DNA of 62,760 bases, counting the filler. It is 4 parts of 4 records of this genome, joined end to end, with 100 filler letters (N's around TTAATTAATTAA, not from the genome) between each part and the next. Parts side by side here need not be neighbours in the genome. Positions count along the whole stretch, not along the records: positions 1 to 15,583 come from SRR20825019_1828; 3 more parts are not named here. One strand, written 5' to 3'. The position numbers and the translations under genes are program-made. Shown here piece after piece: positions 1 to 13,990 of the stretch. The stretch's first letter is position 1, and each line of letters starts with the position of its first letter. The notes under the pieces were generated by a model. That model saw only the letters and a list, made by a program, of their open reading frames with translations. It searched no databases and was not told the DNA's origin.

Positions 1-444
1 GAGCTGGGCAGTGTGCTGGCCAGGACCGGAGTCCTGGTCGGCGCAAGCCAGAGGATACACGGGCGAGCCGTGAGTCCCGCGCCGCGAGTCCCGTCCGGTC
101 CTCAGTCAACCGGACAGTGAGTGACAGGCGGGCCAGGTGTGACCCGCCGGTGACGGGACTCACTAAACCGGCCGACGTAACTTCCCTTCCGCGCCCCCGG
201 CCCCGGGCCGGGCGCGCGCGAGGGTCAGTCGCACGCGGGGGTCAGGTGGTCGGAACGGTGTACGCGGACACGGGCCGCGCCCAACCTTGCTCTGACGAAG
301 GGTACCGCACCGTTCAGCTGTCGTAAGCTGAGGTCAGCCAGGAGTGTTCCGCAGCCGCTCTCACGCAGCTCAAAACACATACACGTATGGCATATAAATA
401 TGCTTTTGTGGCAGCAGCTGGCCGCAGGACCGAAAACAACTGCG

Positions 445-1718
445 ATGCCACCCCCAACTAGAGCACAAGTCGAGGCCGCAAGGGCGGCTGCCTTGGCCGC
501 GCCGATGTTTACACCAGGGACGTTTGGACACTCTATTGAAGTCTTCGTGACACAAACGCTAGCAGGATATATTGGAGGAATTGGAGTGGTGACGTTGCCG
601 CTACTTTGTGTAGTAGTTTGCGCATTTGGAAAGGACATTCTTAGATGGATATCCGGGAAAACAACTCTGAAGTCCATCGTCGGTTCTCGCCGGCCGAAGG
701 GCTCAAAAGATAAGGCGGATATGGCTGTTGCGTTTGATGTGTATCTCCTTGAGAATCCAAAATTCAAGGTGTGTTTGAGAGCATATGCAAATGTCTCCCT
801 TTCTGACCTTTGGTAGGCAATTTGTGAGCGAATTCATGGTAGCTCGCAATTTATTCTGATGGAGACTATGAAAGATATTTTGAAAATCGAACCTATCGAC
901 TTCGAGACATGCCCCGTGTAAGTAGCAAGTCTAGCGTGTACATTGCTCTTCCCAACACGTGGTGTTACAGGGCCGAGGCAAACATCACGACATGCTTGGC
1001 GCTACTTAAACGCACCAATGCTATCATTTCTGATGCCAAGTCTCTTATGGAGACGAAGTATGATCGGGATAATGCAGACCATGAGGCCCTCTTGGAGGAG
1101 GTGAGGCTATCGTGTCAATATCAGTTTTGTGTTAACGTGCATCGAAGTTGTGGTCCCTGCTTCGCCCAGAGGTTACCAGGAAGGGAGGGCGCTACACTGA
1201 AGAATGGGGTGAGATTGGGTTTCAAGGCAAGGACCCTGCAACAGACTTCCGTGGAGGCGGTATGCTCGCACTGTGCGATTGAGTTTGCTCAGAAAACTGA
1301 GCCCGATGTAGGTAAACTCAGCCTAGAGCAGATGGTTTACTTCTGCAAGAACCACCCCGAGGCAGCTAGAAAGCTATGGGCTGATACTCAGAAACCAGAC
1401 GCGAAGTACTTTGGTTTTGCTATTACTGGTATCAATATGACGGGAATGGCGGCTGACCTTTTGAAGAAGAGGACCCTCAATCGGTATTTCTATGCTCGTG
1501 GTTGTGAGTTGAAGACGTTCCATGAAGTGTATTGTCGGATGTTTATTAAGTTCAACGAGGTGGGTTCATGTGTTCTGGTGCGCAATGCCGGGGCTAACTT
1601 TAGTCTTCAGCTATGGAAGGAGGAAAATCCACCGAACGTGATGTCCTTTGGCATTATTCAGGCCAAATTCATGGAGCGAATCACAAAGGAGGCTGTGGAT
1701 GGAATCTTGTTGGACTAA
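445..1718 (+). CDS. ELMO domain-containing protein (ELMOD-like Arf/Arl GAP), multi-exon, with an N-terminal hydrophobic segment
   Basis: Splicing of GT-AG introns (e.g. 769-817) yields YDRDNADHEALLEE-LWSLLRP...WGEIGFQGKDPATDFRGGG...FAITGINMT, the hallmark ELMO/CED-12 motifs. TATA-like TATAAA at 393-398. An alternative start lies at 400. Confidence 0.88.
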
Positions 1719-1861
1719 AGGGTCAAATGCAAGGCTGTTTGAATCGAGTGATTACTTGTAAAAGATTTGTACCCATTTATTGTTCGGAAATTTCGCTGTG
1801 ATTCGAGTGTATTTTGATAGCGTGCAGGTGGCAGAATGTTGTTTGGGGAACGATTGTGGAA

Positions 1862-4800
1862 CTAAACCATGGAAGGGCCATACAAGACTGGCCAATTGAT
1901 CATTTCATCAGCTGGCTGGATATTGGCTTCAATCTTCGCCCCACCAGGGTCAGGGGGCAAACCCCTTTGGGCCCGAGCATCGTGCTATGTACTTTGCATG
2001 AGCCAAACTATTTTCCCACGTGGAAGCTGTATACTTACAACGGCTTTGAGAGTATCGTGATTGTCCAAGGCTTCTATCTCCATCTTAAATCTCTTGCTCG
2101 GGTGAGAGGCCCGCCAAAGATCGGCGTATGATGGTGACGATGCGAACTTCTCTCCATGTGTCTGTGTCATTAAGTCTTGGTACTGGTCGTCTTGAAAAAG
2201 TTTCACGGCAAGGCGTTCAGCATACTCGCGCAGGGGTATTTTTTCAACATTCTTCAAGGGAATCAATTCCCTTGCCCTATAAAAGTGTTCGTTGAAATTC
2301 CAATCACATACCATCATCGCATCCCTACCTGAAATTCCCGCTAAGGAAGTCAATGTCACAAGTTATGAGTGGCTCCATCACAAAATCGGTCTCTCCATTT
2401 CTGCTCATCTCGGGGGGCGCATGCTTAATTTCGTGCTCGTGATCCTCAAATGGATTCTGAAATCCGTTTTTCCGGATCTTATCAACACAAGCTATAGGGA
2501 AGAATTCACTTGCGGTACACAACAAGAACAATGCCTTACATACCCCTCACAACAGAATCCAAATGCTTTTCGATGCTCCTGGTGCTGATTACGTCCTGAT
2601 CCATCCAGGGGGTTTCTTCTTCTTGTGGTCCCTCCGGAATTTCTGAGAACATATTATATTCGTTCATAGGGGGGGTGAAAGCAGTCGGCGCGAAAGCAGT
2701 CGCCGCTTCAAGCTTCTTGAATTCTTGATAAGATATCGGTTTGAGATCGTCATCCTTTTCACCAAGAACATGCGCATTCTCCTTCATTCCTTGATAGATC
2801 GTGTCAATGAGTCCGTAGGGGCCTCTCTTGAGAACGACACCCAGCCTATGCTGCAACTCATCTAAGTCTCCATCATCGGGAATCCAAAGGCCTCGATGAG
2901 ATCTGCGCAAATTTTCCACATCCGGGAGGTTGGGATCTGGTGCATCTTTGTCATACTCGCCCGAATAGGGTGGATAGACTCTTTTTGGATCCAAGTGACG
3001 CCGGCGATTTTTTGGGATGTCCCAGCGATGGAGGTAGGCTTCACAAAATGTCAAGTATGGATCTTCGATCATGCTCTAAGGCAGTGGGGCTCACTTTAGC
3101 ATCGCAATGGAAAACAGTTGGAAACTTACCTTTCCCAAGAATGCCCAGTAGCCATACCAAGTTGTTCGTTCATGAGTCGTCCTATATAATGCAATCGAGT
3201 GCCCTCTTGAAAATGAGCTCTGCTTCAAACTTTTTCCCACAAGAGGAAATCTCCAAAAGTGGATATCACGAAACATGGGGTATTGCACTAAGACCTTCGA
3301 TATAGGTTCTCCCTCTTCGGGCATCTTAGTATGATTCTCAGCCTTGTATATGTAGGCTGGCGGAGGGTATACTTCAAGGGGGCCATATGTCTTGATCTCA
3401 GCAAAATGAGGAAACATATGCTGTCCACGTGGAACATCAAACGGCCCGTACAGGGAACCATACCCGAACATCACGGTTGGTAAGTAACGCATGTTCACAT
3501 AATTCGCTAAATATTGAATCCTACGCAATCACTATGGTCAGGTTTATCGATGATACCAGAGTACTTCGGCTCCAACAACACCAAATCACTCACCGTCGAT
3601 TAGAGCACTCACGGAAAATCAAAGCTCGGTTGTATGGCTCAATTACATTCCTTTGGTACCATTCCCATTTTTCCTTTGACAAGTATTCGGCCAATAGAGA
3701 ACAAGTAGCTTGGGGAGGGTACTCTTGATAGGCCATGTTCGACGCGGCCACCTCCAACGAAGTAAATGAGCTCCAATCTGTGTCGTCATGGTGAAAGTCA
3801 ACTAATGCACCATGATGCTCAACAATTCGACGCAATTGCTTCCGATAGTTTGACTGGTGGAGCACCATATCATCTTCTTGACCCCACTCTACTCCATTAT
3901 TTACATCACCAGAGAGCTAAGGACAATGAGAATCGTAGTCATACCACTGAAAGGGTCATTCTTACCATCATGTTTAAAGGGGTGGTCCACTTGTACATAA
4001 CTCGACCTTTTGTGCGGCGATTCCACAGGCTCGCAACGTCACGTCCCAGCTCCACGGCGGCATCCCTAACGAATTCAAAGATTGAAAACGGTATAGATAC
4101 ATGCAAGAATTGCATGTGATCGATCTTTACGCATCGATTATTCTCGCATTCTACGGGTATCAACAGTTCACTCACCAAATTAAAGCCTTGCTCCTCATAG
4201 TGCCACATATCTATGGCAAACATGATGAACTTCCTAAATGTGTTCATGCTGATGAACTTGTGGTGAAGCACTAGAACGTATTTGACCATCATCAACATAG
4301 GCGATGATCTTCCAGTTTTAGCAATGCTAAAAACCTTAGCTTTAGCATCGATCAGGGTCTCAATAAGCTCGTTGTTTTGATGGCCAAGGTGTATCTGCAT
4401 ATTTAAGTCAGACCCGGTGTCTATCGCAGTGCACAACCTTAATCACCGCAGTCTCGAGCGGGGTGAAGAGAGGATTGGAAGTTTTGTGGTCTGGATCGGC
4501 GACAATGTTCATGTTGACCCCCCGCTCTGCAGCTTCCCTAACAAGTCCGACATCGTTATTGCTGGCAGCATAGTGGACGATGGTACGGCCAAATTCAACA
4601 GCATCATCCCATTCGGGAATGGATACGTTTCGCGCATGGAAAAACTCCACCAACTCGTCATTTCCATGCCATCGTGCCCAGTGGTATGCTGTGGTCCCCA
4701 CATCGCATCTTCTCAACGGGTCTAAACCGTGCTCAACGAGAAGTTTGGCCACAGCCGTTGCTCTGTCACGGGCAGCAGTAATCAGTGGAGTAATCCCGCT

Positions 4801-5934
4801 ACGGTCCTTGATAAGACCATCAAGTCCCTTTGAAAAACGCTTCTTGTACTGCACCATCATCCTGTCGACCACCCCAACATGACCATTAGAAGCCTGGAGA
4901 TTGCACGATCAGACAGACACTTGGGGTTGCTGAATCAACTCACCGCCATGTTGATGGGAAGACCCTTGTGGTTGGGTAGTTCTTCCAAAAACATATCAAC
5001 CCTTTCAGTGAGTAAGTCCACTAGTTCACTGTCATTTCCCTTCATGGCAAAGTGAGCGGCATTCAGACCAGAACCCGGATCCTTCGTTAACGCTTCCGAC
5101 TATTAAAACATTTTAAGTCAGATCGAAGTGGATGACCGCACCACCCAAAGAAACATACGCTCAGCCTAATATGTCTGCCTAGCCTCTTGACCACATCCTT
5201 GAAACCTTTCCGCGTGGCAACCATCAGGGGTGTCATTCCAGCTGTCCAAGCAATTATGATCCAATACGGAAGCCACAAACCAACAACAAAAGACATACTC
5301 CTAACGTTTTCTCGGGGGTGGAACAGTCTTTGATATTGCTCCTCAGGAACATCGCGATGGTGGGCAGTCGAGTTCCTCAGCATCTCTTTGTGGTGCCGCT
5401 GAATTAGACCGGACTCAACGTAGTCAAGAACATGAAGTGCCGCCTCCTCCGATCGGGCTCTATTATAGTGCTCTGTCATGTTCCATCTCCCCAAGGATAT
5501 ATGAGATTACCTGTCAAACGCTGTGGCAAGAGAAATATGGACGAAGTCAAACGCCAAGCCAGAATCCTTGGGGCCCTCCTTCAATTCCTCCGCCAGCTTG
5601 TCAGGGTGCTTAAAGTTGGGGTCTGGTTTTCTATTTGCCTTCATTCTGGCCGTCGCAATTTCATGCTCAAGCGCGACATGGTCATCGTTCCCAGAGTAAT
5701 CATCAGGGTGCGTTCCTGTGAGCAAGTGTATGTCTTCTTCTGAATAGTGCTCTCCCAAATGTTTCTTTCCAAGCTCCACTGCGAGGAGAGACGTGTCAAC
5801 ACACAGAAACCTGAAGAAGTGAACTAAATATGCAACTCACAGAGCTCATTGGGTGTCACAGCATGCGATTCCCTCGGCAAATGACAAAAGAGCACCAATA
5901 ATACCAATAGACAAGTGCACCGAGTATATCCCAT
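1862..5934 (-). CDS. Large multi-exon predicted secreted protein with ankyrin repeats and an unrecognised C-terminal region
   Basis: The N-terminus MGYTRCTCLLVLLVLFCHLPRESHA looks like a signal peptide. Ankyrin motifs include GMTPLMVA, GITPLITAA, GTTAYHWA and GRTIVHYAA. Minus-strand ORF segments are joined by short GT-AG introns. The last intron, 1985-2038, gives ...KAV-HDARAQ...GPSMV*. Internal exon boundaries are not all verified. Confidence 0.7.
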
Positions 5935-6974
5935 CCTTTCAGGAATACCCCTCGCCCGGACTCCCGGTGCCTTGCCTTGTATTTGTATTTTGAATAAACA
6001 TAGCACAGTCAATAAAATAGAACTGAAGCGTTGGTAGTGTCAAGGATCCATCGCGATGGGCGACCGCCAGTGCAGGTATGGTGGGCCGGGTTCGGTTCTG
6101 GGGGCAGCTTAGTGGCGTTGGCCGGACGGTGGGGAGCGGGCGGGCCGGAGGTCCCGCCGGGCGACCGAGACGCCGCACGGCCGGCCTGGATGAAAGGCCG
6201 AACGGCAGTGCCTGCCGCTCTCCTTTGCGCCGCGGTCACCGGTGCCCCTGGCCGCCACGCGTCTGACTACCATCCCATACCGCAGCCAGCGGCACTCACG
6301 CAGCTGCTCGCGACTCATCAGTCTTTGCCCCCGATTGGACGACAACTGTTGTACGATATATCTCAATGAATCTGAATCTGGAGATAGTTGCTATTGACAT
6401 CTGTCAGTCGGATTGCCATGTTATTGCCCTTGAAAAGGCACTCTTGAAGAATCGGGTTTCGGATTCGGAGAGTTCCTCTCAGTGAACTGAGTTGGCCACT
6501 CAGGAATGCACTGCGAGTGCGACGGCCGGCAGGCTGGGCCGCGGGGGCCGCGGCGATGGACTCGCCGACCTGACAATGGCCACTGCCATCCGGTGCCGTG
6601 CCGCGGGCCCCGCGCCCCGCGGACCGGCGGCCCCGGCTGCGGGGGCCCAAGGGCCGGCTCGCCGGCGCGGCCGAGTCCCGCGACGCCGGCGCCACGCCCG
6701 GTCACCAGTGCCGGTGAGGCCCCCGCAACCGCGGCAAGGCGCGGCTTCAGTTGCTCATTGTGGGATGGAATCAGTGAGAGCATCGCCGGCTTGGCGGTCC
6801 CAAGTCCCGGCCCCCCGGCCGGGGAGCCTGCCAGTCGGCGTGGCGGCCGTTGCTCGGGTATCTCCACCCGGCCACCTTCTCCCTGCCCTGGTCACTGACT
6901 ACCGACAGTGAGACCAAACATATTTGAAATAGGCAATAGGTAAGTCTTGTCCAGTTGTAGACTAGCTAGTGACA

Positions 6975-7678
6975 ATGGCACATCCGAGTGCTCCTCCTCC
7001 TCCATACATGCAGACGATTGAGTATGAAAAAGACACACGCAACACACTCGACTGGATTTTGAATATTTTATGGGTATGGCACTCTTGACTTTGCAACGGC
7101 TTTCGTGCTCATCGACTCGTCAGATAATTCTTGGACATGGGTGGCTTATTGCGCTTGAGTGGGTTCTTTTCGGGTTACTGTTTTGCATCACTATAGTGGG
7201 CATTCCATGCGGTCGAGAGTGCTTTAAGAGTACGCAACAGCACTGATGAGAATATTTGCATTCCAAGCTGACCAGCACTCCGCAGTGGCCGGTTTAGCAC
7301 TTTTTCCTTTCGGAAAAGACATCAGGTGGTGCGAGCGGGGAAGAGGGTGTGGGCCGGTAGGATGTGCATATCACTGTGCCAACCTTATTTGGTTTCCTCT
7401 TGGTGAGTCTCCATGTATCCACTTCAGTCTCCATCTAACACCGGGTCGAACAGGTATTTGCCTAATGATATCCCACATATGCGCTGCTGGCAGCCTTATC
7501 ATCACAATCATCGGGATTCCTTTTGCCATTGTGCACATCAAGGTTAGTACGGAAGGATGTGACGTGGTGGATCTTCTTTATCTAATACCCTGTTAAGATG
7601 GCTCTTCTGGGACTTTGGCCATTTGGTGCCGATGCAACCGCGAACGAACTTATTCAGGAGACGTACTATGCTGTGTAA
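6975..7678 (+). CDS. YccF (DUF307)-type small membrane protein, multi-exon
   Basis: The spliced product has two YccF repeats: ILNILWIILGHGW...FCITIVGIPCG...LALFPFGK and ANLIWFPLG...LIITIIGIPFAIVHIK-MALLGLWPFG. Confidence 0.82.
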
Positions 7679-8671
7679 AGGAGTGATGGTGTCGATATGT
7701 GTTTGTGGTGATTCTCTTAGTCTGGTTCGCTCACTGGCACACCACGCCCTGAGTGTTCTCGTCAGCCTCACTTTGACCAAGGCTCAGTCATCCCCGGCGC
7801 GGACCGTCCAGAAAGCTTTCTTACGACCGGAGCAGACCGAACGATGATGATGGCATTGTGAATAGGAATATCAATTGATAGACTCTAAATTAATTATTTA
7901 GATCTGTAACGGTTGCGCACGCCACCGCCCGCCGGATCTGGCGGCCGTCGCCGTGCAGTGCGCCGGCTGGGCGGCTCGGCTGGGGAATCAATCAGCTCAG
8001 CTGAGGCCCGGGCCGGCGGCCCGGCGGCCCGGCCGGGAGCGGCGTCGGCCGGCCCGGCGGCCGCCGAAGCCGCAACGGACGGGGCATCGCCGGGCGGCCC
8101 GCCCGGGGCCCGCCGCGCGCGCCCCGAGGCCCGGAGTCCGGTCGGTGTCCGCCGGCCCGGGCCGAGGCTTGCCAAAGTCGGGCGGCTCCGACCGGCCGTG
8201 CGCCCCGACGCGCCCGCAGCGCCGGCGCCGCGGCCCGGCCGGCCCGGGGCGTCAGCCCCGGGGCCTGGCCCGCTCGCCAGTCGCGCCACTGGCCGGTCGC
8301 CCTGGCCCGGCCAGCCACCAATGAACGGAACGTACCACTGGAAGACAGTACTCACTACTGTGAGTCCAGGGCACCCGCTCGACCCATCCACGCAATAGGT
8401 CGTGCCAGCACAGGCTGCAGCAACTGTATCGGCCTTGACACCAGGCCGCAAGGGACGGCCGCTGGGAGCCTGGCCTGCCGCCCGAAGGGTCAATCTAGAG
8501 GCCCTGATGTACTAATAAACGTGCCTGACCAGCTCCTTGACTCTAGGCCTGGCACGCTGACCCCCTGGACTGCTTGAAGAAACAAGGCCTTGGCGCCGCG
8601 TCCTCGTGATGCCAGTTTCCGTGAAATACCCGGTGCCGGCGCCATATGGCGGAAAGTCTTTCCAAACGGTT

Positions 8672-11600
8672 ATGGACGAGTCAGCTCCGCCCGGCGGCAG
8701 TTTGGCAAGCATGAACGTGGAAACATACAAGCTACACTACTCCGATCTCCGGGCAACACGCTGTGTCCTGCGTGCAGAGATGCATGTGCTGATGCGTGAT
8801 TCGGTCCGCGTGTCGCGGGAGCAGGCGAGGGACAACTGGCGCATATTATTTGTGAGGGGAAGGCTGCTGTTGTTGCAGGATGCTGCGGTAGAGGAGGCAG
8901 CAAACGAAGAGGATCTCAGTGCGTTTGACAAGCTGGCTGCGAGGGCGAATGGGCTGATGGAAGTCTGGAGGACCCGGCGGACAGTGTTCCAGAGCATTCA
9001 CCTAGAGACCCACGAAAAGATGATGGACAGGATATGCGACTTGAATAAGCTGGCCAACTACGAGCCACCTTTGATATCAGAGGACGAGAAGAATATCTTA
9101 TCACGGGAGTTCAATCATCAGCGAACCCTCTTTCTTGGTCTTCCTTTAGTGCCTACGAGGACTAAACTTGCTCAAAGGCAACGACTCCGGGAGGATGCAA
9201 TGCGCAAGACTCATGACTACAGCCGGGCCAGCTCGGTGGAAGAGCTATCGAAAGACCAGTTCCGCAGGCTCAGCGCGGTACTTCCCTTCTTCCCTATTCA
9301 CTATCACCGCCTGTCGCATGGGGAAAAGATGCAGTCGCTGGCAGATGTTATCTTGTACGTCATATCTGGGAAAGATGATGTTCCACCTATTTCTCTTATC
9401 GGAAGGAAAACCGATGAAGACGCGATGTTAGCTCAGCAGAGAGCACAGGGTATTTCCGAGGAGGGAGACGCCAATCTTGCTTTTTCAACCGTGCTTGCAT
9501 GGCCTCCAACCGCCCGGCATCGCCGCACTAGGCATGAGATGATCATTATTAAGGATTATTATACCTTACGGAGGAGGCTGCGTGAGCTGCACAAGAGGCT
9601 GGAAGAGAGCAATGATGGATGCGACGGAGACGGACAAATGTCCGCTGTAGAGGAAATGACAGAGGAGGCCATTGCAATAGACGAGCAGATGTGTCAGATA
9701 GAAGTCGATCATCATGAGCTTGTGGGTGCACCGCCCCCTCCCGATCCAGAATCTCTTCCGGCCGCCATGTCCCCACGAGCATCACAGATGACGCACAGCC
9801 GCAATCCGTCAACTTTTAGTGTTCTGCCGGATCCTGTTGTGGCATCGAGATCCACTTCTGCAACGGCGACCATTCCTCCCCGATCACAGTCTGGAAGCCG
9901 CCCAGAGTCCCCGTTAAAGTCAGCAGGACTGGCCAGCAGACCAACCTCGGCAAAAAGCAGTCGTCCGATTTCAGCTACTTCGAGGGCATCGTCCGGGCGA
10001 AATCGCCATTCGCGGAATGTGAGTAGCGATGGTTCGGTGGTCATTGGGCCTGGAATGGTCAATCTTGTTCCCGAATTTATGCGCGGACCTGGCGAATCTG
10101 ACATCATCAGACATTCATGCGATGATGAAGATGACGGTGACCAGACTTCTTCCGCTCATGTGAGGGCCGAAATCGCTGCTCGAAGGGAAGCTGAGCTTGA
10201 AGCGAAGCGAGCCGACGTGGCATCGAAGCGAAAAGAAGTCGAGAGACGTAAACAGGAGCGCGCAGAGACCGCAAAAATGAATATGCTAATGGAGGCGGAA
10301 AAGAAAAGGCAAAGTGCAGAGAGACTGCGAATGGAAAGGGCTCTGAGAGAAGAGCAGCGGAGGCGCTCCGTGGAGAGGATCCGCCGCAGCAGTGATGAAC
10401 CTCCGGCCATTGTCGGGAAGAAGATGACGACATTGGCTGATACGCTTGTTTCCGAGGCGACAACTGTTAAGTCCGCAAAGGTGGTTCTAGTGGCTGACTC
10501 TGAAACGGAGGACCAGTCGTACAAGAAGACAGGTTATGAGTCCCCAGATATGTCATTCGGTCACGGAAGTAGTAGCGAAGATGATGGAAAGGATTGGTCA
10601 GACTTCGTTGAGAAGGAAGTGACAGTCAGAAAGGAGGGACGCGGGCTGGAGGATGTGCAGGAAATGGAGTCATCAATCCCCGTTACTCATGATGAGTCCG
10701 AGGAAACCAATCCGAAGGACGAAAATGTTCCTCCATTAGAACGTAGCGACACCCAGAGTTCTATTAGCGGGCGTGATCGATTCAAGAAGGCTGGTCGCCT
10801 GGTCCTTAATTTTTCAAAGTGGGGTCTGAATACAGATCCACGAGATCTATTTACAGAAGCTGAGAATGAACCTGAAACACCCCGAGATGAAGACAATGTG
10901 TACCGGTTGTTTTCAACAACATCTGTGGAACCTATCAGGGCGTTGCGAAGAAATTCGATGGAGAAATTACGAGAGAAAAGGATGGAGCGGCTCAAGTTGC
11001 AAGGAAGCTCTGGGAGATTGGACATAGCAGCAAAACCAAAAGACATGGATGCACCATTTCCAGTCAGCCAGCAGTCTAGTTATGTGTCTAACGCCTCTAC
11101 TGAAGAAGGAAGTGAATCCAGTGAGCGTTTAGCCAGAATTGCTGCCGGAAAATTCAAATTTTTGAAGCTCAATGCGGACGAGCTTGCACATGCAAAGAAG
11201 CTCAAGGAGGAAACCCTTGCAAAGCAAAAGCAAGAGTGTGAAGCGGCATCAGCCTTGAAGGGGCAATCAAAGTATTCCTCTCGTGACATGTCGACAGATT
11301 CAGGGATTGCAGACAACAAGCATCGGGACAGATATTCTTCATCCAGATCGCTCGATTTTTCGGACCCATCATCGAATGTTGTAGTGAAGGAGAGGAGCAA
11401 GTACTCTGGGATGTCTGATGAAAGTGATCCGCCCAATAGTACGATGCCTAGAAAGGCGTCAATGAGAGTTCAGCGTTTGTCAGGAGAGGATTTGGGGAGA
11501 AAGACCAGACGGGACTCTGACGATAATGCTGACCTTGGCCTTCCGGGAAAATATAGAAGGAATTCATCGAAGAAGTCTTCGTCTCCAAAGCCATCTCCCA

Positions 11601-13476
11601 AATCAAGTCCCAAATCAAGCCCGAAAGCTCTACGGCGCAAGCTGAGTGCTTCTTCTGACCGTAGTGTGGAGGCCACAACGGAAGAAACACCGCAGCTTCC
11701 CGGTGTATCTTTTTCAAGCCCCAAGGCAGAGAGTTCAGACACCACCAACAGTAACAAATATTACACTGGTTTAAGTGTGCTTTCGCAGGCTATGAAGGAG
11801 CCAACAATTGAAGAGGCTGGGGAGAACGGGACGCCGCGCACACCAGAGCCAGGTGGTGGACCAGAAGCACTTGTGACCGAACATCAAGGAAATGCGGATG
11901 CGACACTTGACGATGTCACTGGTGTGGAAGAGCAGCAGCATATGAGTGAATCATCTCCCCCTCCTGGATCACACAATGCGGAAGTGGATAGTGCGGCTGT
12001 CATAGAAGATCAGAATATGCCTTCAAACGCCGTCGATAATGAACAGGCCCAGAGCTCTGATGAGACCATTGCGGCGGAGGCCATCCTTTCCTCATCACCT
12101 GCAGAAGATAGTGGACCGCAGGAAGCCGAACTTAACGACGAACAATTCTTTGCTGGGCCCGCTTCCCCAAAGCAAGGTAGTGCAGAGGAGCCTGTTGCAG
12201 TTACGGATCGTGATAATAGAGCCGTTGCAGATATCGCTGAGAGGGTAGGTGAATTGGATAGGGAAAAAACCCCGAGCCCTGCACCCCTTCCGATTCCCGG
12301 GCCCGTGGATACTGAGGCACTGACTGAGCAAATCAACGTACCTCCTCCAGTCAATCTGACTGAAGACGCTCGAGAGTACATGGAGCAGGCGGAGCGTCAG
12401 ATTCGCGAATACGAGTTTGTAGATCAAGAGATTAGTGCAATCAATGAAATGGAAACTGCATTCAAAAGCAAACGAGACACTGCTTCCCTGGGCCATCCGC
12501 CCTCGCAATATGTCGCGCCTTCTGATCATCCCATCACCACGCTGCCCCATAGAGGTACGTTGCATCTTTCGCGCTCACGGTAGATAAGATCACGCTAATC
12601 TTGTCATTTTCAGATAAGCACACTGGGCGAAGCGATTCGGATTATCAAGGGGGGTCCTTGTGGGTCGGCGGCGATGTCCAAGAGAATCTTCCGCAAACGA
12701 AGAAGGGGCTGCTTCATACCAAGCGTGTCCCCGGGAATCGCCCCCATGTGTTGGTCCCTCACCTGCCAATGAAGAAATCATCGCGGGTCCAAGTAGTCAC
12801 CAAGCGTACCACCAGGGCGACACAGCGCAGTCTTCAAACGGTAAGACCATTCTTGATATCTGTTGCTAATAGTTCTCATCGTCCTGTCTTGATGATGCAG
12901 CTTCCCAAGAATAATTCTGTTTCGATTCCATGGAAGCCACGAAAGTCAAGATGGGAGGAGGATGAGGCCGCTGCTGTGCCGAAGCCCCCGAACCAGACCC
13001 CGGTAGTTCGTCGGGCGACCACACCTCGTGCTGGGACAGTGAAGAGGGCCGTTGCCTCAACCCATACTTCGGGTGCCCAAACTGAGAGGGGTGACAACAG
13101 CGAACGCCCCCGGTCGGCTTCGAGGAAAGCAGCTTTTGCACACAGGAGAGCTGAATGTATGCAACCTTGAATGGTTTTGGACACATTTGTAACTTGCTTT
13201 GGCAGCGGCAATGGATGTAGTCACGAGAGTATTATCACCCGGCGGCCCAGCTAGTGCTTTCGAGCGACCTCAGACAGTCTCAGAGAATCGCCCATCCGAA
13301 CCAGTGACGAAATGGGTATGTGGCTTTTTCAAATGTGATTTGCAGTCGCTTATTGAATGCAGCCCAAGAAGCCTGAAAAGCCCCTTATCAACACTGCCAA
13401 CGTGCCCAGTATTCGCCGGTCACATGGGGCGAACTTCATGATGGTGGGATCGACCCCATCACCATGGGGTTACTGA
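8672..13476 (+). CDS. Large hypothetical protein (~1500 aa) with coiled-coil and low-complexity S/E/P-rich regions
   Basis: A ~3.9-kb open first exon (ORF 8606-12583) is followed by short GT-AG introns and exons ending ...MMVGSTPSPWGY*. It has a charged coiled coil (RREAELEAKR...) and SPKS repeats. The start codon is uncertain. Confidence 0.7.
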
Positions 13477-13990
13477 TATGATGCAGTCATCGTCATCAAT
13501 ATTTGTCAATGTTTATTAACAGATTCTCTGGCACAGAGGCCAGCAGTGGTAGGAAAATAGACATACCCTCCATTGGGGACAGTCGTTGACTCTCATGATC
13601 GGTTGTGGTCCGCCTACGTTACGAGGATGTGTCAGTCCTGCCGGATGTGCAATGGCATGGAATCCCCTTAAAATATGCTTGACTTAACCGGCACTAAGCC
13701 ACGTAATCGGCACTTTGCATAAAAAACCTCCAAGGCATTGTTGTAGCTAATGGATGAATGTCGACAAACGGGCCCGAGGCCCTTAAAAAATCTTATGCCG
13801 CATAGATTCCGTTGGCGTCAAAGCAGTATGACACGGGAACACCAGCATATATACGATGCCATGCATTCGCGCACATCACCAATTCACCCATCATCTTTGC
13901 CATGACAATGGCCGAATACAGTATTTCGCGCTTCCCTAAGCGTGCCATCCCCGAGTATGGAACGAGTGGAAGTCAATTGTCACACGCCGC

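Noticed and set aside
7720-7845. Hairpin-rich stretch resembling a SECIS element or ncRNA downstream of the YccF-like gene
   Set aside because: The pairing is imperfect, the GA quartet is not completed, and no selenoprotein or recognisable ncRNA boxes are nearby. It would need Infernal/SECISearch.
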